Assembly: GCF_009557235.1 (NCBI RefSeq)
Contig: NZ_CP045650.1
Location: 1,020,001-1,052,000 of the forward strand
Direction of reading: 5' to 3'
Length of the DNA stretch: 32,000 bases
Source: Acinetobacter wanghuae
Lineage (GTDB): Bacteria > Pseudomonadota > Gammaproteobacteria > Pseudomonadales > Moraxellaceae
The first letter of the stretch is position 1. Each line of letters opens with the position of its first letter. The notes under the pieces are model-generated. The model was not told the origin of the DNA. It did no database searches and saw only the letters and a list, made by a program, of their open reading frames with translations. Shown here piece by piece: positions 9,642-19,762 of this stretch. The position numbers and the translations under genes are program-made.

Positions 9642-10126
9642 ATTTTTTATCCTATTTTTTAAAAAATGTAACGATATTTCTGTATTTAAGCATATTAAAT
9701 CTTAATCGTGATGAATATACGAAGATCGTGTCTAATCATTGTTAATCACTAGGATTTATTTTCTTTATTATTTTAATTTATATTTAATATAATCAATAAC
9801 TTGATTGATTTTTTATGCGCTGTTTTGTCATCGAATTTGATGCTTTTTAAGCAAGTAAAACTCGGGTTAAATACGCAATAAAATTAGAATTTTGCTTGGA
9901 ATTCATACATATTCTTTGTTTAGTAAAACTTTTCGTAAGAATCTTATAGATTTTAGTAGCAAAAACTCTATATTTTTTTTAAAAAAACTGTATCATCCGC
10001 CATCTAGTTAGCCATTCCTTATAAAGAGCTCTCTAAACTAACTAGAAAACCATAAAGCACCGAGTCAAAAGACCGAAAGTCCCCCGACTTATTTCTATTA
10101 ACCCATATCAGAGATGGTAATTCGAT

Positions 10127-11500
10127 ATGAGCGTTTCTTCAGTAAATTCTGCCACTAAGTCTACTAACGAATACTATTTGACTCGCCAAAGTCAGATGGA
10201 ATCCAATGTTCGTAGCTATCCACGTAAACTTCCACTTGCGATAGCAAAAGCCTTAGGGTGCTGGGTTACCGATGTTGAAGGTACGACGTACCTCGATTGT
10301 TTAGCTGGGGCAGGGACATTGGCATTAGGCCATAATCACCCTGCGGTCATTCAAAGTATCCAAGATACCCTTGCAAGCGGTTTACCGTTGCATACTTTGG
10401 ATTTAACAACACCTTTAAAAGATGCTTTCACTGAAGCTTTACTTGAACAATTACCGGGTGGTAAGGAAGAGTATTGTCTACAGTTCTGTGGTCCGTCTGG
10501 TGCAGATGGTACAGAAGCAGCGATTAAATTAGCCAAAACCTATACAGGTCGTAGTTCTGTGATTAGCTTCTCTGGTGGCTATCATGGGATGACGCATGGC
10601 GCTTTAGCCATGACAGGTAACTTGTCTGCGAAAAATTCGGTGAATGGCTTAATGCCAGGCGTACAATTTATGCCATATCCACACGAATACCGCTGCCCAT
10701 TGGGTATTGGCGGTGAAGCAGGTGTAGATGCTTTAACTTATTATTTCGAAAACTTTATCGAAGATGTCGAGAGCGGTGTAACTAAACCTGCGGCTGTCAT
10801 TCTTGAAGCGATTCAAGGTGAAGGCGGTGTGGTGACAGCACCAGTGAAATGGCTGAAAAAAATTCGTGAAGTGACTGAAAAACATAACATCGTTTTAATT
10901 CTTGACGAAGTTCAAGCAGGCTTTGCACGTTCAGGTAAGATGTTTGCGTTTGAACATGCGGGTATTGAACCTGATGTTGTGGTGATGTCAAAAGCCGTCG
11001 GTGGTAGCTTGCCACTTGCTGTACTCGGTATTAAACGTAAGTTTGATGCTTGGCAGCCAGCGGGTCACACGGGTACTTTCCGTGGTAACCAATTGGCGAT
11101 GGGTACGGGTCTTGCAACAATTAAAACCATCAAAGAGCAAAACTTGGCGCAAAACGCGCAAGAGCGTGGTGATTTCTTACAAGCTGAAATTAAAAAATTG
11201 GCAGCAGAATTCCCATGTATCGGTAACGTGCGTGGTCGTGGTTTGATGATTGGTGTTGAAATTGTAGATGAGCGTCAAAAAGCCGATCACATGGGTTCAT
11301 TGCCAGGTGATGGTCAATTGGCTGCTGCCATTCAAGCCGCATGCTTCGATAACAAACTATTGTTAGAAAAAGGCGGTCGTAACGGTACAGTGATTCGTTT
11401 ACTTTGCCCATTGATCATCAATCATGACGAATGTGTAGAAGTGATTGCTCGCTTCAAGAAAGCTCTTGCTGAAGCATTAGTTGCAACTCGAGGCGCGTAA
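10127..11500 (+). CDS. dat: Diaminobutyrate--2-oxoglutarate aminotransferase
   Basis: Class-III aminotransferase with the PLP-lysine region ([10 protein letters not shown]). It lies 3 nt upstream of the DABA decarboxylase gene, the classic Acinetobacter dat-ddc arrangement. Confidence 0.9.
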   Translation: MSVSSVNSATKSTNEYYLTRQSQMESNVRSYPRKLPLAIAKALGCWVTDVEGTTYLDCLAGAGTLALGHNHPAVIQSIQDTLASGLPLHTLDLTTPLKDAFTEALLEQLPGGKEEYCLQFCGPSGADGTEAAIKLAKTYTGRSSVISFSGGYHGMTHGALAMTGNLSAKNSVNGLMPGVQFMPYPHEYRCPLGIGGEAGVDALTYYFENFIEDVESGVTKPAAVILEAIQGEGGVVTAPVKWLKKIREVTEKHNIVLILDEVQAGFARSGKMFAFEHAGIEPDVVVMSKAVGGSLPLAVLGIKRKFDAWQPAGHTGTFRGNQLAMGTGLATIKTIKEQNLAQNAQERGDFLQAEIKKLAAEFPCIGNVRGRGLMIGVEIVDERQKADHMGSLPGDGQLAAAIQAACFDNKLLLEKGGRNGTVIRLLCPLIINHDECVEVIARFKKALAEALVATRGA

Positions 11501-11503
11501 GAC

Positions 11504-13036
11504 ATGGTAGATTTTGCAGAACATCGTAAAGCCTTATTCTGCAATGATGCAGAGTCTATTGCTGACTATCAGTCAGCAATGGATTCAGCGGTTAAAGCTG
11601 TATCTGCATGGTTGCAAAATGACAAAATGTACACGGGCGGTAGCATCAAAGAGCTGCGCTCTGCTATTGCATTCAATCCTTCTAAAGAAGGTTTAGGTGT
11701 ACAAAAATCACTTGATCGTATGGTTGAGCTTTTCCTCAATAAAAGCTTAAAAGTACATCATCCGCATTCTTTAGCGCATTTGCACTGCCCAACCATGGTG
11801 ACCAGCCAAATCGCGGAAGTGTTGATTAACGCAACCAACCAATCCATGGACTCATGGGATCAAAGCCCTGCAGGTTCATTGATGGAAGTGCAACTCATCG
11901 ACTGGCTTCGCCAAAAAGTCGGCTATGGTGCAGGTCAAGCAGGTGTATTCACCTCTGGCGGTACGCAGTCGAACTTAATGGGTGTGTTGCTTGCGCGTGA
12001 TGCGTGCATCGCGAAAAACTGGAAAGACGAAAACGGTCATCCGTGGTCTGTTCAGCGTGATGGAGTGCCGAGCGACGCTATGCGTAATGTCAAAGTCATT
12101 TGTTCTGAAAATGCACATTTCTCTGTGCAAAAGAACATGGCGATGATGGGCATGGGCTTCCAATCTGTGGTCACTGTTCCTGTGAACGACAACGCACAGA
12201 TGGATGTAGACGCACTTGAAAAAACCATGGCGCACCTTCAGGCAGAAGGTAAGATTGTGGCTTGTGTGGTGGCAACTGCGGGTACAACAGATGCAGGTGC
12301 GATTGATCCATTGAAAGAAATTCGTGAAATCACCAACACATATGGCGCGTGGATGCATATCGACGCAGCATGGGGCGGTGCACTGATTCTTTCGAATGAC
12401 TATCGTTCTATGCTAGACGGGATCGAGCTTTCTGACTCAGTGACGCTTGATTTCCATAAGCATTATTTCCAAACGATTTCGTGTGGCGCGTTCTTGCTCA
12501 AAGACGAAGCGAACTATCGCTTTATGCATTATGAAGCAGAGTATTTAAACTCAGCTTATGATGAAGAGCATGGCGTACCGAACCTTGTTTCGAAGTCATT
12601 ACAAACGACGCGTCGTTTCGATGCTCTCAAATTGTGGATGACGGTTGAAGCACTCGGTGAAGAGCTTTACGGTTCAATGATCGATCACGGTGTAGGTCTT
12701 ACTCGTGATGTTGCAGCGTATATCGATGCAACTGATGGTCTAGAAATGTTGGTAGATCCACAATTTGCTTCAGTTTTATTCCGTGTTATTCCTGAAGGTT
12801 ACCCAACAGAATTACTCGATACACTGAATCAAAACGTGGCAGATGAACTCTTTGCCCGTGGTGAAGCGAATATTGGTGTAACGAAAGTGGGTCAGGTTCA
12901 ATCTTTGAAAATGACGACTTTAAGCCCTGTTGCAACTTTAGATAACGTGAAGAACTTGTTGGCACTTGTATTAAACGAGGCTGATCGTATCAAAGGTTCA
13001 ATCGCGGATGGTACATATACACCGCCAATTGATTAA
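11504..13036 (+). CDS. ddc: L-2,4-diaminobutyrate decarboxylase
   Basis: Group II PLP decarboxylase with the SGGTQSNL motif and the lysine site in LDFHKHYFQ. Paired with dat. Confidence 0.9.
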   Translation: MVDFAEHRKALFCNDAESIADYQSAMDSAVKAVSAWLQNDKMYTGGSIKELRSAIAFNPSKEGLGVQKSLDRMVELFLNKSLKVHHPHSLAHLHCPTMVTSQIAEVLINATNQSMDSWDQSPAGSLMEVQLIDWLRQKVGYGAGQAGVFTSGGTQSNLMGVLLARDACIAKNWKDENGHPWSVQRDGVPSDAMRNVKVICSENAHFSVQKNMAMMGMGFQSVVTVPVNDNAQMDVDALEKTMAHLQAEGKIVACVVATAGTTDAGAIDPLKEIREITNTYGAWMHIDAAWGGALILSNDYRSMLDGIELSDSVTLDFHKHYFQTISCGAFLLKDEANYRFMHYEAEYLNSAYDEEHGVPNLVSKSLQTTRRFDALKLWMTVEALGEELYGSMIDHGVGLTRDVAAYIDATDGLEMLVDPQFASVLFRVIPEGYPTELLDTLNQNVADELFARGEANIGVTKVGQVQSLKMTTLSPVATLDNVKNLLALVLNEADRIKGSIADGTYTPPID

Positions 13037-13050
13037 TCGATTGCTTATGT

Positions 13051-13081
13051 AAAAAAGGCGCTCAATCGAGCGCCTTTTTTT
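13051..13081 (+). terminator. Rho-independent terminator after ddc
   Basis: ggcgctc-aatc-gagcgcc followed by T7. Confidence 0.85.
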
Positions 13082-13233
13082 AATCAAAAGTATGTCATTT
13101 CATCTAATTTTATTTTTAAAATACAAATTTCCTTACATCCGCTATGTGTCAATTGGTACGGATATTTGTAATTCTGGTATTTTTAAACAACTGATAAATA
13201 TAAATAATATTTAAAAAAAGTTTCTATTTTGAG

Positions 13234-13273
13234 AAATCATAAAACTGTCATAAACCCGTAACTTGCTTGTCAT
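13234..13273 (+). promoter_or_regulatory. Two tandem Pho boxes (PhoB binding sites) upstream of pstS
   Basis: Four 7-mers phased at 11 bp: AAATCAT-aaaa-CTGTCAT-aaac-CCGTAAC-ttgc-TTGTCAT. The first pair nearly matches the E. coli pstS Pho box CTGTCATAAAACTGTCAT. A TAAAAT -10-like hexamer lies at 13278..13283. Confidence 0.6.
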
Positions 13274-13359
13274 ATTCTAAAATCAAAATGCTGGTATCGA
13301 AACAAGTACATAACGATATAAAAGTTGCGTACTCACATTGCTAAAAAGAGAGATACACA

Positions 13360-14382
13360 ATGCAATTTACAAAAATAGCACTTGCCATTGCAGTTATCGG
13401 GGCAACAGCAACCACAGCCAATGCAGCACGCGATACGATTCAAATTGCAGGCTCTTCAACAGTTCTGCCTTATGCGAGTATTGTGGCTGAAGAATTTGGA
13501 CAAAACTTTCCGCAGTTTAAAACACCTGTTGTGGGATCAGGAGGGACATCTGGTGGACTTAAGCAGTTCTGTGCTGGCGTTGGGGACAACAGCATTGATA
13601 TTGCCAATGCATCACGAAAAATTAAAAGTACTGAACTTGATGCATGTAAAAAAGCAGGTGTGAATCAGGTTTTAGAAATTAAGATTGGTTATGACGGTAT
13701 TGTATTTGCATCCAATGCGAAAAAAGCAGCTTATAAATTACGTCCACAACATGTTTATGCGGCCCTTGCTGCCGAGCTTCCGTCGAATGGCAAAATGGTG
13801 CCAAATCCTTATACACGTTGGAATCAAATCGATAAAAACTTACCGAATGAAGCAATCACTTTAATTATTCCAGCATCGAATCATGGTACGCGTGAAGTCT
13901 TCCAGGAGAAAATGGTGGACGATGGTTGTGAAACGTATGCTGCTATTAAAAATTTAAATAAAGATGCACAAAAGAAAGCATGTTCAAGTTTCCGTAAAGA
14001 CGGCAAAGTCATTGAGATTTCAGGTGATTACACCGAAACATTGGCACGTTTAAAAACTTCTCCACATGCGGTAGGTGTGTTTGGTTTAGGCTTCTATGAT
14101 CAAAACCGTGACAAGTTACGTGTTGCAACAGTGAATAATGTCATTCCTTCAGAACAAACCATTTTAAATGGGTCTTATCCTGTATCTCGCCCATTGTATG
14201 TATATGTGAAAGGTGAACATTTAAAATCAATTAAAGGCTTAAAAGAATTCACCGAGTATTTCATCAGTAAAAAAGTGTCAGGAAAAGGTTCAAAACTGGA
14301 TAAAGCCGGTCTGATTTCGCTATCTGATAAAGACCGTGCCAGTATTCTTGCTAACTTTAAAGCAGGCAAAAGCGTTAAATAA
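13360..14382 (+). CDS. pstS: Phosphate ABC transporter substrate-binding protein
   Basis: Signal peptide followed by the IAGSSTV and GTSGG motifs of PstS-family binding proteins. First gene of a pstSCAB cluster. Confidence 0.9.
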   Translation: MQFTKIALAIAVIGATATTANAARDTIQIAGSSTVLPYASIVAEEFGQNFPQFKTPVVGSGGTSGGLKQFCAGVGDNSIDIANASRKIKSTELDACKKAGVNQVLEIKIGYDGIVFASNAKKAAYKLRPQHVYAALAAELPSNGKMVPNPYTRWNQIDKNLPNEAITLIIPASNHGTREVFQEKMVDDGCETYAAIKNLNKDAQKKACSSFRKDGKVIEISGDYTETLARLKTSPHAVGVFGLGFYDQNRDKLRVATVNNVIPSEQTILNGSYPVSRPLYVYVKGEHLKSIKGLKEFTEYFISKKVSGKGSKLDKAGLISLSDKDRASILANFKAGKSVK

Positions 14383-14392
14383 TCACAATGAA

Positions 14393-14426
14393 AAATCCAT
14401 GATGAACTGGGCTTTATCATGGATTT
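14393..14426 (+). promoter_or_regulatory. Intercistronic stem-loop between pstS and pstC
   Basis: Perfect 11-bp stem aaatccatgat / atcatggattt with a 12-nt loop and no clear U run. Confidence 0.55.
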
Positions 14427-14487
14427 AACTTTAGGTTAAAGCGGTGATTTAAAGCCATTTAACCCATAAAAATGGATTGGAGAGTAC

Positions 14488-15867
14488 ATGAATTTACTCC
14501 TCATCGGTGTGTTGTTGGCACTGATTGCAATTGCTTATCAAATCGGACTTGCGAAGAGTAAAAAGTTAGCGGGTGTGGGTCAAAACTCATCTGCATTACA
14601 TTCACGTCCGAAATATTATGCTGCTTTGGTTGCGCTCTGGTGCGGGTTGCCTGCATTTCTCATTTTGTTGGTTTGGAATATTGTCGAACCGCTGCTTTTA
14701 AAGCACATTATTTTAGATCATGTGCCCGCACAGGTACTCGCAAGTTTAGATCCTGCAAGTTTGAGCGTATTGATGGATCGTGTGCAAGCCATTGCTTCAG
14801 GCTTTGGGGTGAATGATCAAGCTCAACCTTATGAGTTACAAGCCGCAGCACAATTAGCACAAATGCTGAGCATTGCACAATATGCCAAATTGGTGGTGGT
14901 GTTAACGGTTGCGATTGTTGGAATCATGTGGGCGAAGAAAAAAATTACGGCCCAGTATCGCGCGCGAAATCATGTCGAAAAAGTGATGAACTTTGGTTTG
15001 GCACTGTGTTCAGGTGTTGCCATTCTCACCACGATTGGCATTGTCATGTCGATGTTCAGCGAAGCAATGCGATTCTTTAGTTTCGTCAATCCACTTAGTT
15101 TCTTCTTTGGTACGGTTTGGGATCCGGGATTCAGCACGACAGGAAATGCTGAAGGCAGTTATGGCTTATTGCCCTTATTATGGGGAACGCTCATGGTCAG
15201 CGGCATTGCATTGCTTGTCGCTATTCCAGTGGGTTTGATGATTGCCATTTATTTAGCAGAATATGCTTCACCGAAATTCAGAACATGGGCGAAACCGGCA
15301 ATTGAAATATTAGCGGGTATACCAACCATTGTTTATGGTGTGTTTGCACTTATGATTATTGGTCCTTTTGCCAAATCTTTAGGCGCGAGTGTCGGATTAG
15401 ATATTAATGCGACCAGTGCACTGACAGCTGGTTTTGTCATGGGCATTATGATCATTCCTTTTGTGTCGTCACTTTCAGATGACATCATTACTCAAGTGCC
15501 ACGTGCGATGCGAGATGGCTCATTGGGGCTTGGTGCAACTAAATCAGAAACCATTCGTCAAGTGGTCATTCCGGCAGCATTACCCGGCATTATTGGTGCA
15601 TTTTTATTGGCAGCTTCTCGTGCAATTGGGGAAACCATGATTGTGGTGCTAGCCGCAGGTAATAGTCCATTGCTGCATATTAATCCACTTGAAGCCGTAT
15701 CAACGGTCACTATCACCATTGTGAATCAACTGACAGGTGATACCGATTTTGCTAGTCCACAGGCCCTCGTTGCCTTTGCGTTAGGATTGACTCTTTTTGT
15801 GATTACATTAGGCCTTAACATTGTTGCACTGATGATTGTGCGTAAATATCGCGAGCAATACGACTAA
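14488..15867 (+). CDS. pstC: Phosphate ABC transporter permease PstC (long form)
   Basis: Multi-TM permease with an EAA-type loop (SRAIGETMIVVLAAGN). Its stop overlaps the pstA start (TAATG). Confidence 0.9.
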   Translation: MNLLLIGVLLALIAIAYQIGLAKSKKLAGVGQNSSALHSRPKYYAALVALWCGLPAFLILLVWNIVEPLLLKHIILDHVPAQVLASLDPASLSVLMDRVQAIASGFGVNDQAQPYELQAAAQLAQMLSIAQYAKLVVVLTVAIVGIMWAKKKITAQYRARNHVEKVMNFGLALCSGVAILTTIGIVMSMFSEAMRFFSFVNPLSFFFGTVWDPGFSTTGNAEGSYGLLPLLWGTLMVSGIALLVAIPVGLMIAIYLAEYASPKFRTWAKPAIEILAGIPTIVYGVFALMIIGPFAKSLGASVGLDINATSALTAGFVMGIMIIPFVSSLSDDIITQVPRAMRDGSLGLGATKSETIRQVVIPAALPGIIGAFLLAASRAIGETMIVVLAAGNSPLLHINPLEAVSTVTITIVNQLTGDTDFASPQALVAFALGLTLFVITLGLNIVALMIVRKYREQYD

Positions 15868-17261
15868 TGACAACATCTCAAACAACGACACCCATCGATG
15901 AAGCAATTGAGTCAACATTGGCTCAAGAGCGCCGTGAAAAGCGTAAGCGCTTAATTGAAAGTTCTTTGTCGAAAAGACATCGCAAAGAAAAAACATTTAA
16001 GTTTTTAGGTTTTAGTGCCGTCATTTCTGGACTTTTTTTTGTTGTCCTATTATTTGGCAGTATTTTGGCAAAGGGTATTCCTGCGTTTTGGCAAAGTAGT
16101 ATGAGTTTGCCAATTTACTTTGATGCGAAGGTGATTGATATTGCTGCTAAGCCTATTCAAAAAGAGGCAGAGACACCTGCGCAGTTTGAACAGCGTTATA
16201 TCGCATGGCAAACGCAAGTCGGTATGGTGGATTGGGATCAATTGATTATCAATGCCATGATTGCACAGTCTCCAAAACTAGAAAGTCAGCGAGATGAACT
16301 GTCATCTATTTATGCCAGTTCAGAAGCCTATCGTCTTCGAGATATGGTGCTAGAAAATCCAACCTTGATTGGTCAAACACAATCAGTCAAAGTGTTGGCG
16401 GATGCTAATGTGGATGTATGGCTCAAAGGCAATATTAATCGTGATTTAGCGGATGAGCAGCAACAACTTAGCCCTGAAGTTCGTACCATTGCAGATGAAC
16501 TGAAAGCATCAAATGTGATTGAAAATACCTTCAATACCAATATTTTCTCTAGTCCAGATTCAAGAAGCTCGCCAGCAACCTCTGGTTTAGCGGGCGCATT
16601 CATGGGCTCAGTATTTATGATGTTGATCGTGATCTTTATTTCGATTCCCATTGGCGTGGCATCAGCGATTTATCTTGAAGAATTCGCACCTAAGAATTGG
16701 GTTACGGACATCGTCGAAGTCAATATTAATAACCTTGCAGCAGTCCCATCGATTGTATTTGGTTTACTCGGCGCTGCCATCTTCATTGGTTGGATGCATT
16801 TACCACTTTCAGCACCATTGGTCGGTGGTTTGGTTTTGAGTTTAATGACATTGCCAACCGTGATTATTACTACGCGTGCATCTTTAAAAGCTGTGCCACC
16901 TTCAATACGTCAAGCGGCATTGGGCTTAGGTGCATCTCGGTTGCAGACGGTATTTCACCATGTGTTACCACTTGCGATTCCCGGTATTTTAACAGGCGCG
17001 ATTATTGGGGTAGCACAAGCTTTAGGTGAAACCGCACCTTTGCTTCTCATTGGTATGAGTGCATTTGTGGCAAGTGTGCCTGCAACGCCGTTTGATCAAT
17101 CATCAGCACTTCCAGTGCAAATCTTTTTATGGCAAGGCAATGAATTACGTAACTTTTTTGAAGGACGTACCGCAGCAGCCATTATTGTATTACTGGCATT
17201 GATGATTGGACTCAATGGTTTAGCGATTTGGTTACGTAAGAAATTTGAAGTTCGTTGGTAG
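15867..17261 (+). CDS. pstA: Phosphate ABC transporter permease PstA (long form)
   Basis: Permease with the [16 protein letters not shown] and [14 protein letters not shown] motifs. Start overlaps the pstC stop by 1 nt. Confidence 0.9.
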   Translation: MTTSQTTTPIDEAIESTLAQERREKRKRLIESSLSKRHRKEKTFKFLGFSAVISGLFFVVLLFGSILAKGIPAFWQSSMSLPIYFDAKVIDIAAKPIQKEAETPAQFEQRYIAWQTQVGMVDWDQLIINAMIAQSPKLESQRDELSSIYASSEAYRLRDMVLENPTLIGQTQSVKVLADANVDVWLKGNINRDLADEQQQLSPEVRTIADELKASNVIENTFNTNIFSSPDSRSSPATSGLAGAFMGSVFMMLIVIFISIPIGVASAIYLEEFAPKNWVTDIVEVNINNLAAVPSIVFGLLGAAIFIGWMHLPLSAPLVGGLVLSLMTLPTVIITTRASLKAVPPSIRQAALGLGASRLQTVFHHVLPLAIPGILTGAIIGVAQALGETAPLLLIGMSAFVASVPATPFDQSSALPVQIFLWQGNELRNFFEGRTAAAIIVLLALMIGLNGLAIWLRKKFEVRW

Positions 17262-17271
17262 GGGAGACACA

Positions 17272-18189
17272 ATGATGAAAACGACAGATATATTAAATGC
17301 CTTAGAAAAGGATCGCGCTACAATGCCTCAATCAACGCAGGATCTTCATACTCAAGCTATTGAGCAGTCTTCGACGTCATTTATTTCGCAATTTGATGTG
17401 CAAACAGAACAACAACCGAGCGAAAAAAAACGTGACGTTAAAATGAGTACTTCAAATGTGCATGTCTATTATGGTGAAGCGGAGGCGATTAAAGGCATTG
17501 ATCTGAATATTTATGAAAATGAAGTCATTGCATTTATTGGGCCATCAGGCTGCGGTAAATCGACCTTTTTACGCACATTAAACCGTATGAATGACACGAT
17601 TGATGGTTGCCGTGTGACAGGTCAAGTAATGCTAGATCATCAAGATATTTACGATCCCAACCTAGATGTGGTGTTATTGCGAGCGCAAGTGGGTATGGTG
17701 TTCCAAAAGCCAAATCCGTTTCCAAAATCAATTTTTGATAATGTGGCCTATGGTCCGAAATTACATGGATTGGCACGGGATAAGTATGATCTTGAAGAAA
17801 TTGTAGAAAATAGCCTAAGAAAAGCAGGACTGTGGGATGAAGTCAAAGATCGTTTGAATCAACCTGGAACAGGGCTTTCAGGGGGGCAACAGCAGCGTTT
17901 ATGTATCGCACGTACTATTGCTGTATCGCCTGAAGTGATTTTAATGGATGAGCCGTGTTCGGCACTTGACCCGATTGCTACAGCGAAGATTGAAGAACTG
18001 ATCACAGAGTTATCACAGCAATACACCATTGCGATTGTGACGCATTCTATGCAGCAAGCAGCGCGTGTTTCTCATCGCACAGCTTACTTCCATTTAGGTG
18101 ATTTGATTGAGGTTAATGCGACGGAAAAAGTATTTACACAGCCGGATCATCAGTTGACCGAAGCCTATATTACTGGTCGATTTGGCTAA
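17272..18189 (+). CDS. pstB: Phosphate import ATP-binding protein PstB
   Basis: Walker [10 protein letters not shown], signature LSGGQQQRL and Walker B ILMDEP. ATG at 17272 follows GGGGAGA. An internal ATG at 17443 would give a conventional ~248-aa PstB but has no RBS. Confidence 0.9.
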   Translation: MMKTTDILNALEKDRATMPQSTQDLHTQAIEQSSTSFISQFDVQTEQQPSEKKRDVKMSTSNVHVYYGEAEAIKGIDLNIYENEVIAFIGPSGCGKSTFLRTLNRMNDTIDGCRVTGQVMLDHQDIYDPNLDVVLLRAQVGMVFQKPNPFPKSIFDNVAYGPKLHGLARDKYDLEEIVENSLRKAGLWDEVKDRLNQPGTGLSGGQQQRLCIARTIAVSPEVILMDEPCSALDPIATAKIEELITELSQQYTIAIVTHSMQQAARVSHRTAYFHLGDLIEVNATEKVFTQPDHQLTEAYITGRFG

Positions 18190-18210
18190 AAGTATTTAAT
18201 TTAAACTTTT

Positions 18211-18242
18211 AAAAAACAGAGCCTTATGGTTCTGTTTTTTTT
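18211..18242 (+). terminator. Rho-independent terminator after pstB
   Basis: cagagcc-ttat-ggttctg (one G-U pair) followed by T8. Confidence 0.8.
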
Positions 18243-18282
18243 GTTATGATATTGATTGTTTTGTAGGCAGTGAGAATAAAAA

Positions 18283-18924
18283 ATGCAGTTTCCTTCACAA
18301 GAACAACAACAGGCAAAACCTGCACATCAAGCCACGAAAAAAATGATCGATGCCTTGTTTGGATTTCGGCATAGTGCAGAGGTGATAGCAGTACTTTTAG
18401 TTTTGATGAGCATTTTATTGGCGACACTTTTTACGCATGATGGACTTTTTCCAACCTCACAAAGCCTCAAGATGAGTAATTATCATCGTTGGTTGTATGA
18501 TCAATTTGTACTTTTGTCGGGTGTCATACCGCTGATTGTTTATTTTAGAGTGCGACAGCAAGAAGTTGATCCGTATTTTCGACGGGCTTGGAGAGACTAT
18601 ATTGATGCCAATGCTAAATTCAAGTTATATCGTTACTTAAAAGCACAGGAAAAAGATAAGTTGCCGCTCTTGCACAGCGCATTCGGTGAATATATTTGTG
18701 TACTGTGTTTTTGCCTAGGTTTTGTATGTTTCTATTCGATGCTAACGCCTACGGATCAGGCACGTAAAGGGAATTTCCTGCTGCTTGGTTGGTGGCCAAT
18801 TAACGCACTCATTATTGGTATTTGCTATTATGGACAAATTTGGTTTGCTGTGCGTTTAATGGCTGTTCGGCAGATATCTAAGCGATATTTAGGGTTCATT
18901 CAAAAAGAACACTCTTTAAGATAG
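18283..18924 (+). CDS. Hypothetical multi-TM membrane protein (paralogue 1)
   Basis: 213-aa ORF with about four hydrophobic helices. Shares the blocks ALFG, SILxATxFxH(D/E)GxFPTSQS, NYHRWLYD and WWPINALIIG with the next ORF. Confidence 0.65.
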   Translation: MQFPSQEQQQAKPAHQATKKMIDALFGFRHSAEVIAVLLVLMSILLATLFTHDGLFPTSQSLKMSNYHRWLYDQFVLLSGVIPLIVYFRVRQQEVDPYFRRAWRDYIDANAKFKLYRYLKAQEKDKLPLLHSAFGEYICVLCFCLGFVCFYSMLTPTDQARKGNFLLLGWWPINALIIGICYYGQIWFAVRLMAVRQISKRYLGFIQKEHSLR

Positions 18925-19005
18925 AAAAAGTATTCAAATAAGTCGCTAGTGACCTATTTTTTGTTATTCTCTAAGCGCTTTTTAAAAATTATAAATCAAA
19001 TCATT

Positions 19006-19725
19006 ATGCGCAATTATCATTTGACCAAGAAAGAGGGAGTGCTTGTTCAGCAAGCAAAGCAAGAGCTATACAGGGCATTATTTGGTTCGGCGAATTTTCC
19101 GAGAAACTTGAGTATTTTCTTAGTCTGCTTCAGTATTTTAATGGCGACATTTTTTGTACATGAGGGTTGGTTTCCTACCTCGCAAAGTCGTGGTATGACC
19201 AATTACCACCGATGGTTGTATGATGTCTATGTGGTGATATCACTTTTCATCGTGCCTGTTATCTATTTGCGGTTTAAACAACAAATAACAAATATTACGT
19301 TTCGACAAAAATGGAATGCCTATATTCGAGCTTATGCACAGCATCAATTTAAACTCAAAGAAGTCGTGGAAAGTGCAGGGAATGAAAGCTCTGCTCAGCA
19401 AAAACTGAATGATTCAGTGACGAAGTGTCTTTTGAAGCATCAATGGTTTCAATACATATTGATTGGTACATTTATGTATGGCTGTATTGCCATGTATATT
19501 TGGGTAACACCATTTTTCAGCACGAGAGGGTCTAGTTTTTGGATACTCACGTGGTGGCCAATCAATGCGTTGATTATTGGTGTACTTTATTCTATGCAGT
19601 TTCCACTTTTTCTACGTTTGGTATCTATTAAAGCAGTAAATCAGCAATATGTTATTTTGCATCAAAGCGCATCTCGAGATAACGCGACAAAGACGGTTGA
19701 AAAAAATAAGTTTGACCTAATCTAA
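19006..19725 (+). CDS. Hypothetical multi-TM membrane protein (paralogue 2)
   Basis: Starting at ATG 19006 puts the shared ALFG block 25 residues from the start, exactly as in paralogue 1. The ORF-track start at 18949 is GTG with no RBS. Confidence 0.6.
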   Translation: MRNYHLTKKEGVLVQQAKQELYRALFGSANFPRNLSIFLVCFSILMATFFVHEGWFPTSQSRGMTNYHRWLYDVYVVISLFIVPVIYLRFKQQITNITFRQKWNAYIRAYAQHQFKLKEVVESAGNESSAQQKLNDSVTKCLLKHQWFQYILIGTFMYGCIAMYIWVTPFFSTRGSSFWILTWWPINALIIGVLYSMQFPLFLRLVSIKAVNQQYVILHQSASRDNATKTVEKNKFDLI

Positions 19726-19762
19726 AAGATATAAACCTAATTAAATTGAGAATCGATTTTTT

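Noticed and set aside
9973-9987. T8A7 homopolymer junction upstream of dat.
   Set aside because: Probably just an AT tract or UP-like curved DNA in a promoter region. No evidence for phase variation because it lies outside any coding frame and its spacing to promoter elements is unknown.
17272-17442. A ~57-aa N-terminal extension on PstB, and ~140-170-aa extensions on PstC and PstA relative to the E. coli proteins.
   Set aside because: Long-form Pst components occur in other gamma-proteobacteria as far as I recall. The pstB extension may also just reflect start-codon choice (alternative ATG at 17443). Not clearly unusual.
18224-18427. 67-aa minus-strand ORF across the pstB terminator and the start of the membrane paralogue.
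   Set aside because: It spans a terminator hairpin, lies antisense to a better-supported ORF, and has no RBS.
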